A DNA stretch of 60,283 nt, counting the filler, from Circinaria calcarea (lineage: Eukaryota), in the NCBI GenBank assembly GCA_051942165.1. It is 10 parts of 10 records of this genome, joined end to end, with 100 filler letters (N's around TTAATTAATTAA, not from the genome) between each part and the next. Parts side by side here need not be neighbours in the genome. Positions count along the whole stretch, not along the records: positions 12,096 to 18,039 come from JAVECS010001732.1; positions 18,140 to 24,080 come from JAVECS010001733.1; positions 24,181 to 30,120 come from JAVECS010001734.1; 7 more parts are not named here. One strand, given 5' to 3'. The number at the start of each line of letters is the position of its first letter. Positions within the stretch are counted from its first letter, which is position 1. Below, one piece after another: positions 13,729 through 24,663 of this stretch. The notes under the pieces are model-generated. The model did no database searches. It saw only the letters and a program-made list of their open reading frames with translations, and was not told the DNA's origin. Position numbers and translations under genes: made by a program.

Positions 13729-14685
13729 GCTGAGAGACTCTGGCTTGCAAAATCCATCCTACGCATAACTACCTTGGTGACCTCTTTGATAGCCATTAGC
13801 TGTATGGCATGGTCGTTTGCACAAGTATACAATGGTAATGGGAGATATTTGCTGCCATGGCAGTTTATTACCGTAAGTGTATGGCTTTGTTATCTAGCCC
13901 TTCTGCAAAGAGCATCATCGTTAACGTTTCTCACCAGCTTGGGGTTTCTATTCTCTGGAACGGTGCTAACATCATCGTCCGTCTATCTCGTCCGAGACCG
14001 ATGCATCCCGGTGCCAATGTCGGGATGGACCTCGTCTTGTGGTTGGCTCTTATAGTCACGGGACTGTTGGCGACGGTGGCGGCAGTGCGAAACTTAAACT
14101 CGATTAGCAATGAGAGTAATAATCAGAGTAGCAAACCGGTTAAGAATCCCGACGGCACCTACTCATACATTTATGGGGAATATGGATACTTTCAGAACGG
14201 CACATATGGCTTCGTTCCTGATGGGACGCCCGGCGCTAGATGTCCTGACTTCTCCAGCTGCGCTGCGCGAGCTGTGGCCACGAGTAGCATTCATCATCTT
14301 GGTATGGTGGAAGCGGTAGGAAGCGGTTTTACATTCTTGGCTGTGTACGTGCCCACGGTTGCCCTTGGTTCCAAAAAAAACGCACTAACAGACGTCTTTG
14401 ACCAGTCTCCTCCACTTCACCCTCTTTGTATGGGCCTGCGTCGACGTCCACCGCGGCAACAACGGAAGAGTGGAGGGTCGTGCCGCTGCGATGGCACAAA
14501 CCATCATCGCCCAAATGGCAGACCGGGGTGTTCTCCCCTCCGGCCAACAAACACAACGGCAACAGCAAACGGCACCGTTGCTATCTCCTGAGGGAATCCA
14601 CATGAGCGACTCTTCCCCTTATGATCCTGGTTTGAGAGGCTCGGCGTCTTCTGAGCGTCCGACCGATGGAGGAGGTCATATGTGA
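13729..14685 (+). CDS. Conserved fungal multi-pass membrane protein (MARVEL-like); start codon unresolved
   Basis: ERLWLAKSILRITTLVTSLIAISCMAW...FIT, intron 13873-13937, LGVSILWNGANIIV...MHPGANVGMDLVLWLAL...TFLAV, intron 14345-14405, LLHFTLFVWACVDVHR. Four hydrophobic segments. Confidence 0.7.
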
Positions 14686-16151
14686 ATACGCACTTATATG
14701 CCGGTCTCGACGGATGAGACAGACACATTCCCGGCACCTTCGCCTAAGCATCCCCGGAGAGGGACTTCGAGTGAGGAGTCGATTCGAAACGCCTTGAGGG
14801 GCCAAGCCGTCTAACCTTTGTTCTGTTGGTTGATCAAAATATGAGCGCTTGGAAGCGTACATTTCTCCTGTTCATCTATGGGTGAAGAAATGAGGTGTGG
14901 AAACCGCTAGAACGTTGGAAATCATTTTGGACTGTAGCGAGCGATGAAAGTTTCGATACCCCTTGCGCGTTTTATTATGCGGAGAAGCGTTATTGTGTAT
15001 TCCCGCTTGTTCTCACTCCGTGGTCGGCCCACTTTCCTCACGACCTATATATAACCTCAATGAGTTTCTGATCAAAGCTGCACACAACTACCATCTTAAT
15101 ATATTATTCCTCTTAGCTATGTCATATCACTGATCACTGTACTTTTGTGGCAAGCTTTTTTCCTCCTCGATATTATGCGGTTATTACACAACGCGCGATA
15201 TTATATATTGGTCTGTGGTCTAAGGTAGTTCGCAGAGGTAGGTAGGTACCTGTATGTATTACTGCTTCATATCCGGAAAGAGAATATATAGCCCATAAGT
15301 TAGTGAACTACTAAATTATACTACACTAATCGCAAAAACGCATAACCTTTCTTTCTATCATCTTTTTGTTTTTCTCGTTTCGAGAGTTTGAGTCCCGTTC
15401 CCCCGAAATATGAATTTCTATCTCGGTAGGGCCTTACCTTATCTATTTCGAGTCTGATTGGAGCGTTCTCTCTTACCCTATTTGTACCATACGACCGACG
15501 CGTCATAATTAATAAACTGCCAGCCAGCGCGTGAGTTTTTGCCTGTCAGCGAGATCCCACGCCCACGACTCGACTCGAATGAACGTCCAGAACTGGGGTT
15601 GCTTATGATGAAAATCCTTGGGGTCTTGGGGGTTAAAGGGAGAAGGGAGTTTTTGCCCTACATATATATAGTAGTTAAGGTAGTGCCTGCCTGACTAATG
15701 TATATATAGCCGACATAGGTAACTGGAAAGTATTGTTGTCGTTCGTATTCGTATTCGGTATTGATTTTCCTTTACGGGTGTGGAGTTTGCCCCGGGGGAG
15801 GTATCCACACATACGAGGAGCGCAAGTAAGAGACGAAGACGAAGACGAAAACGGGATCCATCCGCACAGCTGCGTTGCCGAGGCTCGGGGAGTTTTTCGT
15901 CTTTGCTCGAAAAAGCCGTCCGTGACGCAGAAGGGTGGGGAGAAAAATCCAGAAATCGAAGTTCGACGACAATATGGAAGTGGAACAGATCCTACATGCC
16001 GGAAAAACGCATGGATCAGGGGCCTGCTCGATGAGTGTTTTCCCCACGTTACCGGAGCTTGGTTACAGCAAATTGGCTTCAGCATAGGGCTGACGTGTCG
16101 GCTTCGAAAATTGGGAGGGCGGGCAAGCGAAGAATAATGGGAAGCCCGGAG

Positions 16152-16170
16152 GAGAGAGAGAGAGAGAGAG
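16152..16170. repeat. (GA)n microsatellite; CT-box-like on the minus strand
   Basis: gagagagagagagagagag. Confidence 0.8.
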
Positions 16171-16786
16171 TCTGTTCGGCAGGTCGCTCCTGCGGTAACG
16201 AAAATAGTTTTTTTTTCAACTACCGCTCTCTGCTGTAAGGATCCTTTACGAATAGTATAGTGATTTTACGAATAAGGGTCGGTAAATAGTGTAATAATGA
16301 GCTCAATTGGTTCGCATCAGCGTATGAAATTATTGCTAAAGAATTCTCGGTGTAACGTTTCGCGAAAAAAAAACCTTTCTCGCTAAGCTAGCACCTCGTG
16401 ACCTCGGTGTATAGTTCACCCGTGGGGCTTGTAGGGGGTTCTCGGGTAGAGACCCCTTACAGGGGAAGAGGGGGGAAATGAGAAATCATTTCAAAAAGTC
16501 CTGAAGAGTTCCGAATGAGTAGCTTTAATAGGGCTGGCAATGGCTAGATAGAATCTTGTGTTAATCCCCTACCGCCTTATCTATTACCCTGTTTAGGAGG
16601 TAGGCCCGGACACTTGTATACGCGGGGACGTCTAAGGTTTCGAAAGACGGGTCCCTTTTTCTCCCGAGGTTCGAGCCCTTGCCATGTTGACAACCCCATA
16701 AACCCCTTGATGAGTGGTCTCTCGAAGTAAAAGGACAGTCATACGCTTACCTTGGTTTATTTGAAGTTTTCCGATCCTGTCACCTA

Positions 16787-16897
16787 CAAAGGGCGGGGAC
16801 AGCTCGGGCTAGAGTTACACCAGGGGTGGGGTATTCTACCCGCACGGAACTGTTTTTATGGCCCCTGTGTTTTCTAGCCCGAGCTGGACGCCCTCTG
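16787..16897. mobile_element. 111-bp MITE, Tc1/mariner-type (TA target-site duplication)
   Basis: TA-CAAAGGGCGGGGACAGCTCGGGCTAGAGTTACAC ... GTGTTTTCTAGCCCGAGCTGGACGCCCTCTG-TA: imperfect ~33-bp TIRs flanked by TA at 16785-86 and 16898-99. Confidence 0.75.
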
Positions 16898-18158
16898 TAC
16901 GACATCTTTGTTCAGAATTCGTAGCCAATGGCGGCTAATGCGTGAGAGGCCTCTATCATGTACGGATGAAGGACCGTAGATCTCCCGAGGCGTCTTGATA
17001 GCAATACGTGGTTTCTATTTGACGACCGTTACGTATGCCCTAGTTGAATGCTGTCCTGAACCCTATGAAGCCATGGCATGGCAAATGAGGGGGTGGGCTG
17101 TCAAATTCTTACGAATCCACACAACTACACATTATGTATTCTGGATTGCTCTAGACTTTGAAAATCCAAACAGCGTCTTTGCAAGCTCGAGTAAAAGAAC
17201 GGAACGGAGGTTATTCCGCTATCTTTGACACAACAATGTTAGTAGTGCGGGAGATCGTCGAGGGTGGAGCATGAGTTTCGGGTAAAGGAGAAAACAAAAC
17301 CTCGGACTGGTTGAAGGGATTCGTGCGGTTGGACGGGCATTACTCCGTATCATTAGTTTCCTTTTTCCCTCCTCGTTAGTCTGCTTCATCCTTGCTTTTT
17401 CCGCCGTGGCTCAGCGCAACCCCTCCGATAAGTGGTTCCGTGCTAAACATGAAAGCGGCGGTCTGGCCTTGTACCATCATCCATTCCAATCGCAAGAGAG
17501 TTAACCTACTTTTTTGACACTGCCGCTGTGCACCCAACCATACTCCGTACCTAAAAGCTTTCAACGCCTGAATGTGTGGTGGCACACCTTCAGATAACAG
17601 CTGTGTTTGCCTGAGATCGGTACATGTTAAAACAACGAACTAGAGACTAGACCCCTTTGGATTCTTACGTAAATGACACACATGTGCTAGATGAAATTAC
17701 AGCTCCGTTAAGGATATTTGTCGACGGGGATCTAATAGCGAGCCCCACCGACATAATAACCGCGGTGGTCCGAATTCAGCCTTTTGCCTGAGCGCCACGT
17801 ACCAGGTGGCGTAAACAGAGGAGATAGCTCCGGCGAACAAACTCTCGCGACTTTTTGTTTGACAGGAAAGCGTACGGGACACACTCCGTGAACGAAGGAG
17901 AAATGCTCAAATGCAGGGCCTGATATGCGGACCAGGATGGATCGACGTGTTCGCGTGAGATCGAGATTCTACGGATGTTAGTCCGGTTTTAGTCCGATTT
18001 AGACCCTTTCTTTTCTTTGATCACCAAAACCGGCCGCTTNNNNNNNNNNNNNNNNNNNNNNNNNNNNNNNNNNNNNNNNNNNNTTAATTAATTAANNNNN
18101 NNNNNNNNNNNNNNNNNNNNNNNNNNNNNNNNNNNNNNNTCATGCTGATAAATTTTAG

Positions 18159-18659
18159 CTACGACGAAGTCATTAGATATCTCATATGCCACCAAACAGC
18201 TAAAGGAGCTCTGTCTCGGCTGGGCAAATTACAACCCGGAGCTCAACTCCCTCAATATCGTTCATACGCGGAAGTATGTACTCTTCGGTCATTTTTACCC
18301 TCACATTTATTACGCTAATTGTCCTTACAGCTACGACTTACCTGCGGACGTGTTTGGGCCGGGTGAAGTAAAACCAGTGAAGCCGAAGAAGAAAACTACC
18401 AAGAAAATCGAGCCGGTTTCGAAAAAGCGGAGTTTTGAAGCAAGTGGATTGGAGGTATGTGTTCCACCCTTGGCTACTGCATTTACAAGAGGCTTGGTAC
18501 TAAGCTACTTGCTTCTATGAAGAGAAGGTAAGGCTCCGCAGCGTGAAGCAATGCTAACCATAACGACCTCGTTGTTTTTCTTAGGATCCTCCCATACTAC
18601 AGAATGGCATCAAACGACGACAATCCGAAAATGGGACCCAGTCTATAAAGAGCAACTAA
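18159..18659 (+). CDS. PAP1: Poly(A) polymerase, C-terminal exons (5'-truncated)
   Basis: Spliced translation TTKSLDISYATKQLKELCLGWANYNPELNSLNIVHTRN-YDLPADVFGPGEVKPVKPKKK matches the fungal Pap1/Pla1 C-terminal RNA-binding domain pattern (LD.S....F..LC..W..Y...LP.DVF..GE.KP). Absent from the ORF track. Confidence 0.75.
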
Positions 18660-19710
18660 CAAGCAGTAGCAGAAGCCTTTGCTGTACGGGCACCTCGTTG
18701 GAATCATTTCAAGCTCGACTGCATTCAGGCAAGCTCTATACCCCATCATCATCGTCCCAAACGACTCTTGAGATCTACGGGGTGCCGAAACCTACATTAG
18801 ATCCACCCGGACAGCGATATCCTGTGAGATACGCGTTCTGAACTTGAATACTCTTATCCCGGAAATGTACTTCAACGAAGCAGAATCAAGCCTCGGACTA
18901 CAAAAGCTTACTGACAAGCGAATTCGTATCTCGAAGTGGAGGGGGAACGCAGGCATGAACCCAACCTCTCGTGGCTTCCGCAGTATCCTCATTACTAGTT
19001 TCATCTTCCTTGACTGACAGCACATAGCTAGATGCAGCAATTAGAGAGACCCATCCTACCTTCTTGCTCTCTCTCAGCAAAGTTGGGGAACGTAGGGGGA
19101 GTAAAAAGCTAGGAAGAGCCAGGGAAAGTAGGGATTGTGTATTGGCAGTTTGATTCTCGATACAATTACTATTTGTCCACTCACTACCTTAGTAGATAGA
19201 TCTACATAGATTTACAATATGAGAAAGCTTTCGGAGCCTACGGGCTCAGCAAAGGACTTGGCCCTTTTTCCTCCACGTTGATAATTACCATGTGTGTTTT
19301 TTCTTTTTCTGAAGCAGACGTGATCGAGACCAGTACTTGTCCACCCCTTCTAACCCACCAGACATTCAAACTCAACCTCACCGCATCTCTCCTCGTAAGC
19401 TCTCAGATACTTATCAACCCCACCAACATGCATTCTCTTTACACTTTGTTCTCTCGAGCACAGCAACGCGATCATAACATTCGGTCGACTGGGAAGTTAT
19501 AAAACGACTACTGTAGATAAATGACAAAATGCGGGGCTTATCTGCCAACCCTCTTGGAGGGGTAGGAACCAGTTACCGGAGCATAAACACGCCTACTCGC
19601 CTACTCGCCTACCTGATTCTACCATCGACAGAGCTGTAACAGATCAACGTTTTACTACAGTCATCACAATCGAAATTCTTAGAAATCTCCCCCCCCCCTT
19701 TCAATCGACC

Positions 19711-21218
19711 ATGTCTTCCGAATCCAAGCACGAGCCCGCCTACTCCATCTACCCCCTCGGCGACTTCGTCCTCCAGAGCGGCTCCACACTGCCACAGGCG
19801 CAGATCGCGTATAAGACCTACGGAGAGGCGGGGAAGCCGGCGGTGGTGTATCCGAGTTGGTATTCTGGGTGTGAGTTTTTGACGTTTTCTTTTGCCGGGA
19901 GGGGTTTTCGTGGTTGGGGGTTTTTGGGGTTTGTTACGGAGGAGGGTTTTGGGGAGATGGGAGCTCATGAGATATAGTGATAGAGGATAATGAGTGGCTC
20001 GTTGGGGAAGGGAGGGCGCTGGATCCGGGCAAGGTAGGCGGGTTCGACGAACTCGATGCAGGGGTTGGGGAAAGAGTGTCTCATGGTTTTATGTGATTTA
20101 TAGTATTTCATCATCATCCCCGCCCTCTTTGGCAACGGCCAATCTTCCTCCCCGTCCAACACCCCCAGCTCCACACCCTTTCCCAAAGTCTCCTTTTACG
20201 ACAACGTGCGGGCGCAGCACGAGCTCGTGACGAAGCATCTGCGGATCCAACACCTCCGAGCGGTGCTCGGGTGGTCCATGGGCGCCGCGCAGACGTACCA
20301 GTGGATCACGCAGTATCCGGATTTTGCAGATCTGGCTGTGCCGTTTTGTGGATCCGCGAGGACTTCGCTGCATAATCAGGTTTTCTTGGAGGGGGTGAAG
20401 AGCGCGGTGCTGGCGGCGAAGGGGTTGCGTTCCGGGGGGTCGGGGAAGATTAGTGCGGAGGGGGAGAGGGGAGGGGAGGAGAGGAGGACATGGTCGGCGG
20501 AGGAGAAGGAGGTGGGGTTGAAAGCGCTGGGGAGGGTGTATGCTGGATGGTAAGTTAATGGCCCAGATTGGGCGTAGGAGTGCTGAAGGGTGGTGAAGGG
20601 GACTTAGCCAGGCTTTCTACCGAGAGAGGCTGTATGAGAAAGAGCTGGGCTTTCCAGACTTGGAGTCCTTTATGGTTGGCTTTTGGGAAGGCTGGGCGTT
20701 GAAGAAAGGTATCTCGTCCTGATTAATCGCGTCTGAGGTCGTTTTCGTTGACATGAGCAGATCCTGAGAACATGCTTGTTATGCTGCAAACATGGCAAAC
20801 GGGGGATTGCTCCAAGCAAGAACCGTACAATAGCAATTTTGAGTTGGCCATGCAAAGCATAAAGACGAAGACTTTGGTTCTACCATCGAAAACCGATCTC
20901 TATTTTCCGTAAGTTTAGACGTCGCACCATCATCTGTGCTGAATCGCTGACAAGTTTCCAAGGCCGGAAGACTCAGAGTATGAGGTAGCGAACATGACGC
21001 CGGGAATGGGCCAACTGAAGGTCTTTCCTTCCATATGGGGTCATTGGGCCGGCGGTCCAGGGGACAGCAAGGAAGACGTGAAATGGCTTGATGACCATTT
21101 GAAAGGGTTCTTGGAGGAAGCACCCGCCAGCGACACTGCAGATGCAGCAGAGACAAAGGCCGCTGTTGCATTAGTTGACGATTTGCCTCCCGCCCTTGAG
21201 GAGAAGCTGTATGTGTAA
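19711..21218 (+). CDS. Homoserine O-acetyltransferase-like (MetX-like) alpha/beta hydrolase
   Basis: LGDFVLQSG...IAYKTYG, LFGNGQSSSPSN, nucleophile motif GWSMGA, DLYFPPED, SIWGHWAG. Five GT-AG introns (first two 19871-19977 and 20034-20103). Confidence 0.85.
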
Positions 21219-21933
21219 AGGGGGGGATCCACAGGACATGATGATACTCTCATGCTTGACGGCCTTTATGCAACCGTTTTGTCAGCGTTGCTGCATAGCA
21301 CACAGCTATTCGTCAGAGCAGAAATAAGCTAAAGGCGGCCGTGAAGTCTAATAACATGAAAGCTAACCGGGAAGAAGCAGAATACGAAGAGGGAGGACGA
21401 TGAAGTCAGAGGTCGAGATGTTGGGCAGATGCAGACCCTTTAGTACCACACCCTCAATCATCTTCAGATGCAATCTGATCTGGCATAAGGTGGCTTTACT
21501 CGTGCCTCGGGCTCCTTCTGGACGAAAGGAGGGACTCGAAATAGATTTCGTATTCCAACGCACAGACTATGCATTATCGGTGCATTGCATACCTCAATCT
21601 GCATAAGTCACTTGCTGGCACTGCCTGCATTGATACTGCATAAAGAGTGCATGACTCCCACACTTATTCCACGATCACGGTATTTATTTTACCTACCCAG
21701 CTAGCCATCAAGTCCGACCAAATCCCCACTTCCTAGATCGTGGTCACTGCATCGTACAGATCGTACATGATGCATATGTAGATACAACGGCCGAAGTTCT
21801 TGTTCATCCATTGCCTACACTGATTAACCTCCAATCGCTAACAAAATCCCAAATGACAACCCTGTACTGACAGCGGTATAAATGCCTGGCCCCCTGAGCT
21901 GCGATATACTTCTGCAGCAACTGATTTCCGAAA

Positions 21934-23928
21934 ATGGGTTGCAGAGTGTCTTCCCTCGTACCGAAGCAGGGTAGGCAACCCATCATGTACAGATCTATAT
22001 AACCGGTAGCTAATGACCTTCCACTTCAGACCGTCGACCCACTCCAGAAAATGCCACCATGATGCAAGGCTTTGAATGGTACGTGCCAGCAGATCACCAG
22101 CACTGGCGCCGTCTGTCTTCAGCCGTTGCAGGCCTCAAAGTTCTGGGCATAGGAAATATGTGGATCCCGCCAGGATGCAAAGCGGCCAATCCTGACGGAA
22201 ACGGTTACGACATATACGATCTCTATGACTTGGGGGAATTCAACCAAAAAGGCTCAAGGTCAACAAAATGGGGATCCAAGGAAGATTTGATGCACCTAGT
22301 GGCGAAAGCTGAGGAGGCGGGCGTCGTTCTCTGTTGGGATGCTGTCCTCAATCATAAGGCGGCAGCCGATTATACAGAGAAGTGCCTGGTAGTCGAGGTG
22401 GATCCCAAGGGTTCTATGCACGATGCCATTAGGACCTTCAACGACTGATGTATCGAGGCAGATCGGACCAAGGTTATCTCCAAACCCTTTCGGATAGAAG
22501 CTTGGTTTGGCTTTTCATTCCCTGGTCGTGGCAACACATACAGTTCACAAAAATACAATTGGCAGCATTTCTCGGGAACGGATTGGGACGCCGCCAGAAG
22601 GAAGAATGCTGTCTACAAAATTGTGGAAAATGGGAAAGACTGGTCACAGGCGGTGGATCATGAACTAGGGAATTATGACTACCTGATGTTCGCCAATGTG
22701 GACTATTCTCATCCAGAGGTCAGGGAGGACGTTAAGAAGTGGGTTACCTGGTTGGGAAGAGAGACGAGAATCAAATCAATGCGGCTGGATGCCGTAAAAC
22801 ACTACTCATTTGATTTTGTAAAGGAACTCTTGCAGCACATTGACGAGAGCGGTGGGAGGGACTGGTTCCTTGTCGCCGAGGTTAGTGGGAGCCCTGCAAG
22901 CTCAGTACCCGCCTTGGGAAGAAAACCTCCCGGCATCTGATCGGCCTTGCTTACATGAATGCCAGTATTGGAAAGACTCGGTTGAAGTTTTGTCCAGGTA
23001 CTTGCAGCGGTAAGCTAACATCTGCTCCATCTCACAGCAACCTATCTATGGACATCTCCACAGTGTTTGGTTAAAATTTACTTCGCGATACCTTGCTAAT
23101 GCAGAGTCACCTCTAGTATGAACCATAGAATCTCACTGTTTGATGTACCCCTCGTCAACACCTTTTCAAGGATATCAATGACTAAGGGTTCGGATCTTAC
23201 CACGGTATTCGACAAGACCTTGGTGAAGCATGAGCCACGGAATGCTGTGGTGAGTTCCTAAAGCCGTACTTATTAGACTATCACTAACCACGTCAGACAT
23301 TCGTAATGTAGGTTGTCCTACGACCCAGCGCTGCTCTCTAGCTAAGCCTACCAGGAACCACGACACCCAGCCCTCACAATCGCTCGAAGCCGACATCGCG
23401 CCCTTCTTCAAACCCCTTGCCTATTGCCTGATCCTCCTCCGAAAGTCCGGCTACCCTTGCGTTTTCTACGGCGATTTATACGGCATCAAGGGGCCCCACA
23501 CCACCGGTCCTTCATGTGCCGGCAGATTACCCGCCCTCTGCCTGGCTCGCAAACTGTACGCTTACGGCAAACAAACGGATTATTTCGATTCCCCCAATTG
23601 TATTGGTTGGACCCGCCACGGTACTTGGGACCGTCCGGATGGCTTGGCGTGCGTGATGAGTAACCTTGGGCCGAATCGGAAGGTGATGCATGTTGGAAAG
23701 ATGCATCGAGGGGAAGTTTGGACGGATATCCTGGGGTGGGAGAGGCGAGAGGTGAGAATCGATAGGCATGGGAATGGAGTCTTTACTTGTCCCGGGTGGG
23801 GGGTGTCTGTGTATGTGCGGAAGGATGCGGAGGGGAGGGAGGAGTTGGGGAGGTTGTACGTACATTTCACCGCTTCGATTGAATTTGACATTGACGATGG
23901 CAGTGATGCGGATATCTATAAGTCGTGA
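21934..23928 (+). CDS. Intracellular alpha-amylase, GH13_5 (bacterial liquefying type; Amy1/AmyG-like)
   Basis: MMQGFEWY, GYDIYDLYDLGEF, DAVLNHK, NYDYLMFA, RLDAVKH, VAEYW, TFVMNHDTQP, GYPCVFYGD. No signal peptide. Several introns including one flanking an 11-nt microexon; ends GRFDADIYKS* after intron 23856-23903. Confidence 0.92.
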
Positions 23929-24180
23929 GGGAAAAGCGAGTCATCTTGTGACCCGAGGCCTTCTTCTCTGGGAGCAAAGTACTATTCAGTATATATCCCA
24001 CTCCTCACTCCAAATTTGATTTTCTACCATCTATTCTGATTGGCGGGGGTTTGTATTCTCACGGGCGATAGGAGGGGGGGNNNNNNNNNNNNNNNNNNNN
24101 NNNNNNNNNNNNNNNNNNNNNNNNTTAATTAATTAANNNNNNNNNNNNNNNNNNNNNNNNNNNNNNNNNNNNNNNNNNNN

Positions 24181-24317
24181 GTTAGCGAGCCTTGGCGGGT
24201 TGCTTATATTCGCGTGTCCCAGACACCTTCAATCCTTATGTTATTCTAGGTTTATAGAGCCCACAAATTGCTTTGGTTCTAGGCCTGCTATCTTTGTGAA
24301 TTGGCTTCACCCTAACA
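24181..24317 (+). repeat. 5' LTR (3' portion, ending ...CCTAACA); reconstructed LTR about 208 bp, TGTTA...TAACA
   Basis: Overlaps the 3' LTR sequence; terminal TAACA is the inverse of TGTTA at 29981. Confidence 0.8.
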
Positions 24318-24318
24318 T

Positions 24319-24329
24319 TAGAATAACAT
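24319..24329 (+). promoter_or_regulatory. Self-priming primer-binding site TAGAATAACAT
   Basis: Exact reverse complement of LTR 24238-24248 (ATGTTATTCTA); no TGG tRNA-type PBS after the LTR. Confidence 0.7.
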
Positions 24330-24663
24330 CGCATTCTTTTGGCCTTTGGAGGCGACATAATACCAACTGAACAAACGCGTGTGTGAACGATTTACATCAC
24401 CAAACGTTTAAAACCCCGAGTCAAACGAGTAACTGGAAGACGTACTTTCTCAGGATACCAAACGATTCATCTATTCAATCATTCAAGTCCCGTTTTGTAC
24501 AGGCAACGTGTGGAGGAAAAGATCGATCAAGGATTGAAATTTTCAACCAAAGACCTACCTTTTGAAGGCACAGAACGACTACAGTGAAGGTAGTCTGAAA
24601 GAGCGAGGATCCGGACAGGATAATCTAGACACTAGGAGTAGGTGTTCTAGTACCGAAGGAACA

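Noticed and set aside
15605..15694. Possible box C/D snoRNA (ATGATGA ... CTGA) on the plus strand
   Set aside because: No terminal stem and no rRNA-antisense guide recognised; the local splice signals are on the opposite strand.
16605..16691. tRNA gene
   Set aside because: Only a T-arm is present; no acceptor, D or anticodon stems pair.
16501..16726. Hammerhead-like cores (CTGAAGAG..CGAAT; TTGATGAG..CGAAG)
   Set aside because: Conserved core bases deviate (no GAAA; C3 missing in the second) and stems I/III cannot be formed.
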